The notes under the pieces were generated by a model. It saw nothing but the letters and a program-made list of their open reading frames with translations. It had not been told where the DNA came from and ran no database searches. Both the position numbers and the translations under genes were made by a program. From Candidatus Woesearchaeota archaeon (GTDB taxonomy: Archaea > Nanobdellota > Nanobdellia > Woesearchaeales > 21-14-0-10-32-9), in the NCBI GenBank assembly GCA_046543095.1, contig JBKHAC010000002.1, forward strand, positions 2,525 through 66,524: DNA of 64,000 nucleotides. Direction: 5' to 3'. Positions within the stretch are counted from its first letter, which is position 1. Every line of letters begins with the position of its first letter. Below, in pieces: positions 9,134 through 19,455 of this stretch.

Positions 9134-9488
9134 TGAATCTAGTTTAGATACATTATACCCTTCTTTTTTTAAAAATTCAAAAAATAATTTGGTAAGTTCT
9201 TTATTTTCTATTTTAATTTCCCCTTCAATTAAATTTAACCAATCAAAAATGTTTTCGTGTTTTAAATCAAAATTTATTTGTTTTAAATATAAACTACTAA
9301 AAAAGTTTTATTAAATTATAAATAATATAATATTTTGTTTTATTAAATTATAATATTGTTATGTGTTTTAATATATAAAATTATCTTTTTTAACGCCGCA
9401 CTTTAGAGAAAAAACCTGATTAAAAAAGTAACATTTATATATACTTTAGACATAAATTATTTTATCATACTTTCAAAGAGGTGTTTTC

Positions 9489-9788
9489 ATGATAAAAAAA
9501 CGAGTTAATGTTCAAGCATTAGAAATGTTTATTATGTCTTTAATGGTTTTATTTGGCCTAGGAGCTATAGCAATATTATATTATGCACTACAATACCCAT
9601 ATTTAATAGATTTATCATTAATAGTTATCGAGATGCTAATAATATTAATTATAGCAGTGCTCGGACTTGCATATTTAATAATAAGAATATGGGAGCGACA
9701 CATTGTGCCCTATTCAATGGTTTCTGCAGATGAAAAGAAGAAAATAGATTCAGACGATAAAAAAAGAGCAGAAAAAATTAAAAATTAA
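9489..9788 (+). CDS. Small membrane protein (2 TM) with a K/D-rich tail
   Basis: Hydrophobic helices. SD AAAGAGGTG upstream. Confidence 0.4.
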   Translation: MIKKRVNVQALEMFIMSLMVLFGLGAIAILYYALQYPYLIDLSLIVIEMLIILIIAVLGLAYLIIRIWERHIVPYSMVSADEKKKIDSDDKKRAEKIKN

Positions 9789-9849
9789 AAATTAAAAATT
9801 AAAAAAATTGAAAAGTTTTAAAAATTAAAAAATAAGGTTTTATAACAAA

Positions 9850-10440
9850 ATGTTCAAACAAAAAAAAGCAGTTATGGGCGTAGGAATGCTACTAATATTT
9901 GTAGCGAGTATAGTCTCAGCAGCAATAGCTGCAGCACTACTTATAACATCAACAAATTTACTACAAGATAGAGCAGCTAAAGTACAACAAGACGCAACAG
10001 AAGGACTTATTAGTGGACTTGATGTAGTTTCAATATATGCAACAGGAAATATGACAACAGAGATAATATACGAATTTGAATTCATCACAAGGCTTAGAGC
10101 AGGATCAAGACCTGCACAACTAGACTCCTTAGGCCTTACATTTATACAAGGTGAAAACACAGCAACAGGATACATGAACACATCACTTATAGGCGATAAC
10201 TGCACATTTGAAAATCTTCAAGCTGAAACAGAATTTTGCGTGAATAAAATATTCGGCGATGAAAACACAGTACTTGAAAGTGGCGATATGGCAATTATAA
10301 AATACAAATTATCCAACGAATCCGCACTACCAACAGACACTCCCTTCGATATAATATTCCAACTTAGAGTCGGCTCACCTTTAATTATGGCCTTGCAAAC
10401 GCCTGATATGGTACTTAGCAGTAAGATAAGACTTAGATAA
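9850..10440 (+). CDS. flaB: Archaellin (FlaB-family) with a class III signal peptide
   Basis: N-terminus KKAVMG/VGMLLIFVASIVSAAIAAALLI followed by the archaellin-type conserved block LQDRAAKVQQDATEGLISGLDVVSIYATG. Confidence 0.75.
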   Translation: MFKQKKAVMGVGMLLIFVASIVSAAIAAALLITSTNLLQDRAAKVQQDATEGLISGLDVVSIYATGNMTTEIIYEFEFITRLRAGSRPAQLDSLGLTFIQGENTATGYMNTSLIGDNCTFENLQAETEFCVNKIFGDENTVLESGDMAIIKYKLSNESALPTDTPFDIIFQLRVGSPLIMALQTPDMVLSSKIRLR

Positions 10441-10550
10441 ATATAAACTTAATTTACTAAATAGTTTAATGAACGATTTAAAGAATAACAAACTAATATT
10501 TTAATTATTTTTAATAAAATAAAAAAAACAAAAAAAAGAGGCAAATAGTA

Positions 10551-11786
10551 TTGGGACTACTATCATTTTTAAAGAAAAAACCTAAAGAAGAAAAAAAAGA
10601 AGGGGATAACACGAATCAACTGATTGAAGATAGTTCTAAAACTCAAAATACAACACTCAAACCAGAAGAGACTAATTCTATAAGTGCAAACACGGAAAAT
10701 AATACTCAAAGTACCCAAAGTGTTCAAAATAAAGATGAACAAAATAATCAAAATACTCAAGAAGATGACTCCAACGAAGATTTCGACAAACTCGTCACAC
10801 AAATAATAACAAAACTTGAAGATATGAAAACAGGCGCAGACACAAAACTAGAAGAACTCGAGACAAAAATACAAGAACTAAACAACACAAACAAAAAAGA
10901 AGAACTAGATGCAATAAAAGAAAAAGTTGAGAAACTAGAAAACAGCCTAAAAGAATTCTCATCAATATATGAGGCAATAAGCTCACAATACAACCCACTC
11001 TTAGACGGATTCGACGAGAGAGATAAAAAACAAAACCTAAACAAAGAAGAAAAACAACAAGAAACTGCGCGAAGCATAGATGCGTCAGAAATTCAACAAT
11101 CGCCTGAAATTGAACAGAAAAACGTTACTGAACAAATAAAAGAACAAAATACGGAAATGACACAGAGCCTAAACAAACAAAATGAAGAACAACAAGTTCA
11201 AGAAGCTCAGCAAACCCAACAAGCTCAACAGTCCCAAGAAATAATCACACAAACACAAGAACACACAAAAGAACAAATACAAGAAAAGGTACAAGAAAAG
11301 GCACAAGAACAAATAGAAGAAAAGGTACAAGATAGCACCTCACAAACACAAGAAACAAATTCAGATTATAATTTAAAATACACAATATCAACACAATCAG
11401 ATCTCGACGATGACAATAACACAGAACAAATACTAGTATCAAGACACGAGAATAAAAACCAAAGCGCAGATAGAGAATCAATACTAAAGAAAAAAATAAT
11501 AGAATACATGCTTAAAGAAAAAAGAATACACTTAGAGAGATTATCAAGAACAGTAGACGGCGATAAAAAATTCTTTTTAGATAATAATAAAGCAATAGCA
11601 AATTTAATTGATTTAGTAAATATAATAAAAGACGACGAACAATCATTCACAAAACACGTAACAGAAGAAAAAGATGATTTTGCAAACTGGATAGACCACG
11701 TACTCGGACTTGCAGATATCGCACAAAAACTTCGAGGAATAAAAAACAGAGAAGAATACACGCTAACACTTCTATCTGAAATATGA
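10551..11786 (+). CDS. Gln/Glu-rich coiled-coil protein with a conserved C-terminal DFANWIDHV domain; immediately downstream of an archaellin gene
   Basis: Low-complexity N-terminus with a Q/E coiled coil. The C-terminus shares a ~40-aa domain with the CDS at 6723. Confidence 0.55.
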   Translation: MGLLSFLKKKPKEEKKEGDNTNQLIEDSSKTQNTTLKPEETNSISANTENNTQSTQSVQNKDEQNNQNTQEDDSNEDFDKLVTQIITKLEDMKTGADTKLEELETKIQELNNTNKKEELDAIKEKVEKLENSLKEFSSIYEAISSQYNPLLDGFDERDKKQNLNKEEKQQETARSIDASEIQQSPEIEQKNVTEQIKEQNTEMTQSLNKQNEEQQVQEAQQTQQAQQSQEIITQTQEHTKEQIQEKVQEKAQEQIEEKVQDSTSQTQETNSDYNLKYTISTQSDLDDDNNTEQILVSRHENKNQSADRESILKKKIIEYMLKEKRIHLERLSRTVDGDKKFFLDNNKAIANLIDLVNIIKDDEQSFTKHVTEEKDDFANWIDHVLGLADIAQKLRGIKNREEYTLTLLSEI

Positions 11787-12000
11787 ATTAAGTTAATAAC
11801 TAAACAAACAATTAAATTAATGATAAAACTAATAATTATGAAAATAAATTTTCTAAACTTCTTTAAATAATTAATAAGTGCGGACACAATTTAATAATCT
11901 ATTTTTATATTAATTGAAAAAATAACAAAATTAAATTAAAAGTATGATGGGGCGCCATATTGATGATTAAAGTCTAATAAGAAATATTGAATGCACGAAA

Positions 12001-12813
12001 TCAAGATTTATAATTATTTTTTAAATATGCGGCGACGCTTGGAAATAAATGTGTACTTCTATTATTCAATTGAATGGTAAGATTAGGATTGTCATTAAAA
12101 TTAGTTTTTAAACTGCCAGAATACTGTGAATTCGCCTGTAATTCTTTAAGCATTATACCTTCAAGAAGTAGATTCTTTAAAAAAATATGAGAAATTAAAG
12201 GCTTTAAACCTGATTCTTGTCGCTCCATAAAATCAGGCAAATTATTTGCTTCTTCTTTTTCAATATGTGATTGTCTATTTAAACCAGTATTTTCAAAATC
12301 AATTATTGTGTCTTTTGTGTATAATTTAAATCCTTCATTTTTAAGAGAAGCCGTATTTCTTACATACTCTTTATATATTTTTAAATCTATATCTAAATTT
12401 TTTAAATCTTCAATATTGCTTTTATTAGGTATGGTTGCTATATATATGTGGTCTAATTCACACTTGAGTTTATTTTCATCATGATTATAATGTGAAAAAA
12501 TCATAATGTCTTTTTTATCACCATCAAAAAAGGATAATTTACTCGAATAAAACGGCAGGACGCGTTCTTCTTTACTTCTTATAGCTTCAATAGTTAATGT
12601 TGCTTTTGCAGTTTTATCTTTTAAGAAGTCATTGTATGCATTTAAAGAAATATTTTGTTTAAAATAATTATTAATGGAGTTGGTGTTCAAATCGTTTTCA
12701 ATTATGTCAATAGGTGACTTAATCATACTTAGACATAATCCTCCAGCTAGTAGGGTTGTTTTTAGTAGAAAATCTCTTCTCGACATTTCTTTACTTGAGC
12801 TCGTCATAAGCAC
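12001..12813 (-). CDS. Tat-secreted protein of unknown function
   Basis: Twin-arginine motif SRRDFLLKTTLLAGGLCLS at the N-terminus. Confidence 0.5.
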   Translation of the reverse strand: MLMTSSSKEMSRRDFLLKTTLLAGGLCLSMIKSPIDIIENDLNTNSINNYFKQNISLNAYNDFLKDKTAKATLTIEAIRSKEERVLPFYSSKLSFFDGDKKDIMIFSHYNHDENKLKCELDHIYIATIPNKSNIEDLKNLDIDLKIYKEYVRNTASLKNEGFKLYTKDTIIDFENTGLNRQSHIEKEEANNLPDFMERQESGLKPLISHIFLKNLLLEGIMLKELQANSQYSGSLKTNFNDNPNLTIQLNNRSTHLFPSVAAYLKNNYKS

Positions 12814-12891
12814 TAGAAAAACAACAAAACTATATAAATGTTTCTATTTAGTAGTGACGAAATAATTCTTTTTGATTTTTTTGAAGTAACT

Positions 12892-14568
12892 CTACCAAAT
12901 CGTACTCATATCAGGAAGAACCATATCAACAACAGAAGGAATAGTCCAATAAAGCAAAGCAATAATCCAAATCATAATAATTAAATTAATGATGGATGAA
13001 TAATTAGACCCACCATCAATAATCTTCAAAATCCACGAAGACGTAAAAGCATGAATTATAAGCATAACCATAATAAGAACAAGAGCCACACCAAAATTAA
13101 TCTCCTGATTCATAGGCATAATAGTCTGCGCAAAATCAACAGTCATCTCATCATCAATATTCGTCGTAGAAAAAAGCTGAGACATCTTCTCAGAAATCCT
13201 AAACGTAATAAAAATAGTTAAAGACACACCAATAGTAATACCATAAAAAACACCAGTGAGACCCTGCGCGAGCTGAGCCCTAAGCTTCCTTAAAGAAAGC
13301 AAATGCTGAACATTATTACTAACAATCTCACCAATCTTTTCAGCATTACCACCAAGATAAATAGACTCAGAGAAAATCTTACTAAAATTATTAACCAAGT
13401 TACTACCAGAATCAACCGCGTAATGATACCAAGACTTAAACTTATCAGTACCAAGCCTCAAACGCCTATAAAGATTAACACTCATATCATTAATAACACC
13501 AAAATCATGCATCTGAGTAGATTTTAAAGACGAAATAACGCCCCCATTACGAACCTCAATAGCAGACCCCAAAATCCTCGCATAAACAGGAAACTGAACA
13601 TCACGCTTACGCACAATCTCTTCCTCACGAACAGCAAGAAACCCAGGATATAAAAGCGGAAGCGAACCTAAAGCCATAACAGTAATAAACGATAAAGAAG
13701 TCAAAAATAATAAACCAACAAAAAAAACACCACTAATAATCACAGCAAATTTAAACGCCTGCTCAATTTTTAACTGACCTAAACTTTTATGCGCCAAATC
13801 ATGAAAAATTTGATCACGAGGAATAAAACCTTTCACTGCAAAAATAATCACAACATCCATAACAACTAAACCAACCAAAGCATAAATGAGCAAAACATTA
13901 ACAGGCAAAGCAATTAACAAAGGCGCAAGCAAAATAGTACTCACAAGAAACGCAAAAGAAACCGAGAGCGCCATAAACAATTCTTGAATCATCTTAATAA
14001 TCTCAAGAGATTTTTTATATTCAACAGAATAATCATCAAGCACAGCACCCTGCTCATCATACAAAAAAGTATCAAGCTCCTCACCAAAATCCATGACAAC
14101 AGCGAACCTATCAAGAAAATCACCAAGAATACGAGAAGGAGTCCTCGAACCCATCAAACGACAAGAATTAACAAAACCCATATTCCAATCTTTAGACAAA
14201 TAAATAACCTTCTCAAACGTCTTACTAATCTCACCAAAAACCTTTTTCTCAGCAATCTTCTTAAATAACGCATGACGAGAAATCTTCATAGTCGCAATAG
14301 TACCTGCATAAGTAATAAAAAAATGCAAATTCTCATTAATATTTTGTTTAACAGCAGAATACTTAATTAAAGGATAACCTATAAGTCCACCCATAGTTAA
14401 TAAAATTAAAAAAATACTAAACACAAAACCAACAGGAACAATAAAAGGAATAATTAAAGAAATTAAAACAACACTACTCAAAATAGGCAAAACTAACTTC
14501 AACAAATAATCATTCAAATTCGAATAACCCACAAGTAAAATTACTTTATCAATTTTTTTAGTATTCAT
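12892..14568 (-). CDS. flaJ: Archaellum assembly membrane protein FlaJ (TadC/GspF-like)
   Basis: Polytopic membrane protein of 558 aa immediately downstream of flaI. Typical FlaJ N-terminal TM pair and cytoplasmic domains. Confidence 0.8.
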   Translation of the reverse strand: MNTKKIDKVILLVGYSNLNDYLLKLVLPILSSVVLISLIIPFIVPVGFVFSIFLILLTMGGLIGYPLIKYSAVKQNINENLHFFITYAGTIATMKISRHALFKKIAEKKVFGEISKTFEKVIYLSKDWNMGFVNSCRLMGSRTPSRILGDFLDRFAVVMDFGEELDTFLYDEQGAVLDDYSVEYKKSLEIIKMIQELFMALSVSFAFLVSTILLAPLLIALPVNVLLIYALVGLVVMDVVIIFAVKGFIPRDQIFHDLAHKSLGQLKIEQAFKFAVIISGVFFVGLLFLTSLSFITVMALGSLPLLYPGFLAVREEEIVRKRDVQFPVYARILGSAIEVRNGGVISSLKSTQMHDFGVINDMSVNLYRRLRLGTDKFKSWYHYAVDSGSNLVNNFSKIFSESIYLGGNAEKIGEIVSNNVQHLLSLRKLRAQLAQGLTGVFYGITIGVSLTIFITFRISEKMSQLFSTTNIDDEMTVDFAQTIMPMNQEINFGVALVLIMVMLIIHAFTSSWILKIIDGGSNYSSIINLIIMIWIIALLYWTIPSVVDMVLPDMSTIW

Positions 14569-14608
14569 AAAAAACCTAACTCTCTAATTTAAAAAACCCA
14601 CCTAAAAT

Positions 14609-16255
14609 TTATAATTTAAACGGCAATGTTGCCTCACCACCATGATAATAATTACGAAGAATAGACCAAACATCATAATAATTAAAAATCTTCTCCTCAA
14701 CCATACGCTTTAAAATCTTAGTACGCTTATCCAATTCAGCATAAATCTCACGAGGATCTTTAAGCCCAAGAGTCTTCGCAATTTTCTGCTCAAGAATATA
14801 ACTATTAAAAAGACCCCTAAAAATTAATTTATCATTAACACTATTCCACGTAAAAACCTCACGCGTAATAACTTTATTTGCAGGAGCATAATAACGCTCA
14901 AGCTCACTTAAAGATAAAACACGACGAACAAATTTATTACCACGATAAACAGCTTGCTGAATCAAACACAAATTCAAGTTATCAATAAAAGCAATAGGAA
15001 CATTAATAGGATCACCCGTCAAACGCTGAATCATAGTATTAACATCACCAGCGTGAAAAGTAGATATAACAGGATGCCCAGTCTGCATCGCCTGAAACGC
15101 AATAGCACCCTCCTCACCACGAATCTCACCCACAATAATATAATTAGGACGACTACGAAGAGCAGCAATAAGCAAATCCAAATAACCAACATCAGACTCC
15201 TTACCAGCCTCACGAGTAACCAAATGCTGCCAAATATCATGAGGCATAGTAACCTCGGGAGTATTCTCAACAGTAAACACCTTCGCAGTAGGCTTAATAA
15301 AAGCAGCACACGCATTAAGCGTAGTCGTTTTACCAGACGCAGTTTCTCCACAAACAAACAAATTCATACCATTTTCAAGCGAGAGCCAAATGTACGCTGC
15401 AAGATCAGCACTAAGAGTATTCCAATTAATAATCTGAGTAATAGAGACAGGAACATCAGAAAACTTACGAATAGTAAAACTAGAACCCTCAAGACTAATC
15501 TCACGACCAAAAATAAAATTCGCACGAGAACCATCAGGCATAATCGCATCAACAACAGGATGACGATCACTAGTTGGACGCTCAACACGCTCAGTAGTAT
15601 CAATAACATACTTATCAAGCTCCTTATCTGACTTAAACTCAATAGTTGTATAAATCATACCAAACACTTTATGAATAGACGTTACAACACCAACACCAGT
15701 ACAATGAATATCCTCCAAATTAGGATCACGCAAAAGAGGCTCAAGCTTACCATAACCAACACGATTCCTAACCAAGAAATATTTAATTTTCTCATATTGC
15801 AAAGACGTAAGCCTAGTTTTAGATGAAATACTAAACAAACCCTTACTCGAACTAGCACCACCAGACTCAGAAACTTCAACAACGTCATCAAGAAGCTTCA
15901 ACAAAACAGGACCAATTTCAGTAACTTTATCAGGCACAGGCTCTTTATACGCAATATCAATTAAACGCTCAACACACTCATCATAAAGCTTCTGCTCATC
16001 ATCAGTTAAAAACGGCTCAATTACGGTATAAATGGTGTCTTCAGCCGGCTTCTTTCTCAAATGAATAAAAATAGGATCACCAACAGGATAAATAAGATTA
16101 GGAAAATCCATCTTACCCATATCACGAGTAAGCGCAGGCACAAAAGTAGGCATATCCTCTTTAGAAAAACCCTCAACATACAACCTAAGATGCTCAAACT
16201 TCTTTTTAGCCTCTTCAAAATCCTTAGTAATTTCAACTTCCTTTTTCATTTTCAA
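14609..16255 (-). CDS. flaI: Archaellum ATPase FlaI (type II/IV secretion ATPase family)
   Basis: Walker A VCGETASGKTTTLNA, Walker B/Asp box and His box. 548 aa. Confidence 0.9.
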   Translation of the reverse strand: MKMKKEVEITKDFEEAKKKFEHLRLYVEGFSKEDMPTFVPALTRDMGKMDFPNLIYPVGDPIFIHLRKKPAEDTIYTVIEPFLTDDEQKLYDECVERLIDIAYKEPVPDKVTEIGPVLLKLLDDVVEVSESGGASSSKGLFSISSKTRLTSLQYEKIKYFLVRNRVGYGKLEPLLRDPNLEDIHCTGVGVVTSIHKVFGMIYTTIEFKSDKELDKYVIDTTERVERPTSDRHPVVDAIMPDGSRANFIFGREISLEGSSFTIRKFSDVPVSITQIINWNTLSADLAAYIWLSLENGMNLFVCGETASGKTTTLNACAAFIKPTAKVFTVENTPEVTMPHDIWQHLVTREAGKESDVGYLDLLIAALRSRPNYIIVGEIRGEEGAIAFQAMQTGHPVISTFHAGDVNTMIQRLTGDPINVPIAFIDNLNLCLIQQAVYRGNKFVRRVLSLSELERYYAPANKVITREVFTWNSVNDKLIFRGLFNSYILEQKIAKTLGLKDPREIYAELDKRTKILKRMVEEKIFNYYDVWSILRNYYHGGEATLPFKL

Positions 16256-16944
16256 CCAGATAAATCCACAACAATACCAATACCCGCGCGAACCTTAAAC
16301 GGCAACTCACGCTCAACATCATTAATCGCACCAAGAAACCGCTTCACCTGCAAAATATTCAAAATATTACCATACTGCTCACGCTCAAACATAACAAGAT
16401 GAACCTCAACAGTATTTTGCAAATATTTCAAAATCTCTCTATTAATAATTTCAGGCTCTACACAAAAAATAACAGTCTTACCCGAACTTGTAAGCTTTTT
16501 AAAAGCACTAATGAACTCAAAAGTCTCACTTAAATTAGACTCATTTTTCAAAACAAAATCATTAAGCGCATCAATAACAATAACCTCAGATTCCAATAAT
16601 TTTTTAGATAAAAAAATCTTCTTAATCATATCAGGCTCAAAATTAACACGACCAAGCAAAGGAAAAGTCGTAATAAATTTTAACTGACCTGCAAGAAACT
16701 CTTTACGAATATCATACTTTAAAGAATCCATTTGAGAGAGAAAACTTTGAACAGAGAGCTCAGAGCTAACATAAGAAATACTAACATTATTTTTAATCGC
16801 GCCATAAACAAAACGCTGAGCCAAAATAGACTTACCAAGACCAGCCGGACCCTCAATTAAAACAAGACTATTCTTAGGAATGCCCCCGCCAAGTTTTAAA
16901 TGAAGCTCATCACCCTCAAGCTCAATACTATAAATTTTATCCAA
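16252..16944 (-). CDS. flaH: Archaellum protein FlaH (RecA/KaiC-like ATPase)
   Basis: Walker A EGPAGLGKSILAQRF. 230 aa. 4-nt overlap with the flaI start. Confidence 0.8.
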   Translation of the reverse strand: MDKIYSIELEGDELHLKLGGGIPKNSLVLIEGPAGLGKSILAQRFVYGAIKNNVSISYVSSELSVQSFLSQMDSLKYDIRKEFLAGQLKFITTFPLLGRVNFEPDMIKKIFLSKKLLESEVIVIDALNDFVLKNESNLSETFEFISAFKKLTSSGKTVIFCVEPEIINREILKYLQNTVEVHLVMFEREQYGNILNILQVKRFLGAINDVERELPFKVRAGIGIVVDLSG

Positions 16945-17018
16945 TCTCTCCCCTCTTTTTTAAAAAATGTTTATTATAATAAAATAAATATTAATTAATT
17001 ATGATTTTTATATTAATT

Positions 17019-17477
17019 TTAAGTCGTGACAATTACACTATCGCCAACACCATTAGGTGCAACTATTCTCGCTTGATTTTTTGTGGAACTTACAAAAAAA
17101 TCAGGGACAACAACTAAAATAACTTCGCTAGGATCCCACGAAGTAGGATTACCAACACTAGTGTCAGATTCAACCGAAATCGAAAAATCATCACGCGAAA
17201 TACGCTGATTAGATAAAAAAACCTCAACTCTATCAAGCATTAAAAGCGTCTTACCAGTATTCGCTGCAGTAATCGTCGTCGTGTTCGTTTCGTTATCAAA
17301 AAAAGCAGAGGTAATAGATATGTCCGTTCTAAGCTCATCACTCAAACGATCTTTTTGAACAGCCATCGCAGCAGTAGTCTCACTAGCAAAATTACTCATA
17401 TAAAAAATAACACTAGCAGATATAGTCACAATCGCGATAAAAAACAACATGTTTGCTGCAACAGTTCCAAAACCCAT
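17019..17477 (-). CDS. flaG: Archaellum FlaG/FlaF-like protein (N-terminal TM plus beta domain)
   Basis: Position upstream of flaH. N-terminal hydrophobic helix MLFFIAIVTISASVIFY. About 150 aa. Confidence 0.55.
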   Translation of the reverse strand: MGFGTVAANMLFFIAIVTISASVIFYMSNFASETTAAMAVQKDRLSDELRTDISITSAFFDNETNTTTITAANTGKTLLMLDRVEVFLSNQRISRDDFSISVESDTSVGNPTSWDPSEVILVVVPDFFVSSTKNQARIVAPNGVGDSVIVTT

Positions 17478-17852
17478 ACTTTATAACCCCTCTTTTTTAA
17501 TAAAAAATAATCATCACTCAACAAATATAAATGTTTCTATCTTTATAAGTATTTGCCTTTAAAAAAAGACAGAGATAAAACTATTTAGAAAAATAGATGC
17601 GTAAATTAATGCGCAAAAAATAAAAGATAATTTAACAGATTTAAAACTAAACAAACAAAATAAAAAAGCCAAAGAAACAAATAAAAAAACATAAACTGAA
17701 ACTAACTTTGAAAATTAAAATAAAATTTATTGATGTACTTCTTATCGTCTAAAATTACCTCTAAACGGATTTGATGGAAAAGTTTATATATTAAATTAAT
17801 TATTTTTTGTTTAAACCCACGGGGGGTTTGCTTAAAAAAAGAGGTAGTAATA

Positions 17853-18437
17853 ATGAAAAATTATAATAAAAAAGCAGAAGTAGCTATGGGCACGCTAATC
17901 ATATTTATCGCAATGATACTGATTGCAGCAGTCGCAGCAGCTGTTTTAATTTCATCAATAGGAAGTATTCAATCTAAAGCACTAGAGACTGGGTCTGCAA
18001 CAAGACAAGAAATAGGAACAAATGTAAATGTGGTCGAAATATACGGACCGAAAGATACAAATGAATCAACAATAACAAACATAAGCATGGTTGTACGCCT
18101 CGCAGCAGGATCAGACCCAATTAGACTTAGTGATTTACTTCTAACTATTGGCGCTGAGAATTTCACAAACGAATTCACATATAATTCAACAGACCATAAT
18201 AAAGGAGGAACTGCTGGCGCATCATTTAACGTATCATACCTTCTTGAAGGAAATAACAACCAACCTGATTATCTAGTTAAAGGAGACGTTGCAAGATTCG
18301 ATTTAGAACTTGAATATGCAGTAGGAGAAGATGCGAGTTTAAGATTTACACTTATACCAAAAATAGGAACTCCCGCAATAGTGTTTGCAACAACACCTAA
18401 TGCAATAGCAAATTCAAGAGAAACTATTTTCCCATAA
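17853..18437 (+). CDS. flaB: Archaellin (FlaB-family), tandem copy 1
   Basis: KKAEVAMG/TLIIFIAMILIAAVAAAVLISS class III signal/archaellin N-terminus. Divergent from flaGHIJ. Confidence 0.85.
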   Translation: MKNYNKKAEVAMGTLIIFIAMILIAAVAAAVLISSIGSIQSKALETGSATRQEIGTNVNVVEIYGPKDTNESTITNISMVVRLAAGSDPIRLSDLLLTIGAENFTNEFTYNSTDHNKGGTAGASFNVSYLLEGNNNQPDYLVKGDVARFDLELEYAVGEDASLRFTLIPKIGTPAIVFATTPNAIANSRETIFP

Positions 18438-18653
18438 GTTTTCGATATGAACAGAGGCGCATCTTTTTTTCTTTTTTTATCTATATTTTAATCATCCAAA
18501 AAATAACAAAAAAAGCGTTATTAGTATAGATTTTAGGCTACTTAGCGCTATTTTTTAATCAAAAAATGGAAAGATTTATATACTACTACAATAAAGTATT
18601 CTGTATGCCCCTATCTCAGGGCTTAGATTTAATTAAAAAAGAGGTAGATAAAT

Positions 18654-19226
18654 ATGAGAAAAAATAATAAAAAAGGAGAAGTTGCTATGGGCACATTAAT
18701 TATATTCATAGCAATGATACTGATTGCAGCAGTCGCAGCAGCAGTTTTAATATCTTCCATAGGAAGTATTCAATCTAAAGCACTAGAGACTGGGTCTGCA
18801 ACAAGACAAGAAATAGGAACAAACATCAACACAGTAGAAATCTACGGATTTAAAGATGGTGATGATGCTACAATGACTAACTTTAGCATGGTTACAAGAC
18901 TTGCAGCAGGATCAGACCCTGTAAGACTTGGAGATTTATTATTAACAGTTGGAACAGAATCATTTACTGATGAGTATACATACAACTCAACAAATTTGAG
19001 TGCGGGCACCACATTTAATGCATCTTACTTGCTTAAAGGTGCAAACAATCAAAATGGTTATATAGTTAAAGGTGACGTTGTGAGACTTGATTTTATTTTA
19101 AGTGATACAATCGGCGAAGATGCAACAATGAGATTTACAATGATTCCAAAAATTGGAACTCCAGCAGTTGTATTTGCATCAACACCAACAACTATTGCGA
19201 ACTCTAGAGAAACAGTTTTCCCATAA
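18654..19226 (+). CDS. flaB: Archaellin (FlaB-family), tandem copy 2
   Basis: Same N-terminus as 17853. About 110 nt of 5' coding sequence is nearly identical between the two copies. Confidence 0.85.
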   Translation: MRKNNKKGEVAMGTLIIFIAMILIAAVAAAVLISSIGSIQSKALETGSATRQEIGTNINTVEIYGFKDGDDATMTNFSMVTRLAAGSDPVRLGDLLLTVGTESFTDEYTYNSTNLSAGTTFNASYLLKGANNQNGYIVKGDVVRLDFILSDTIGEDATMRFTMIPKIGTPAVVFASTPTTIANSRETVFP

Positions 19227-19455
19227 GGAAAAACAAAAAAATATTTTTTTCTTTTTTTCTTTTTTAATTTCATTAATTATTTTATTGACCAATTATTAAA
19301 CACACATTCTTCGAACTAAAAAATTTGTTATTAAAAATTATTAAATAAAATACGACAATAAGATAAACATAATAAAATAAATTAATCAAGATAAGACATA
19401 ATGTACTGATTATTTTGTTTAGTTAGTTCAATTGAGAGTTACTAAGGTCAATATT

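Noticed and set aside
9776-9835. (AAATTAAAA)n microsatellite-like stretch after the 9489 gene
   Set aside because: A simple AT-rich low-complexity spacer of the kind expected at about 30% GC. Too short and irregular to call a CRISPR or satellite array. No CRISPR-like spacer-repeat periodicity was found anywhere in the window.
14954-15631. Long antisense ORFs inside flaI/flaJ (13303..13527, 13984..14268, 14954..15631, 15031..15357, 15364..15642 and others)
   Set aside because: They lie opposite well-supported genes. The A-rich coding strand gives a T-rich antisense strand with few stop codons, and the proteins are low-complexity (N/R/I/L-rich).
17800-17840. Hairpin AAACCCacgggGGGTTT upstream of the first tandem archaellin
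   Set aside because: A single short GC hairpin in the divergent flaG/flaB promoter region. It could be regulatory, but with one occurrence and no conservation evidence it is not reportable as a feature.
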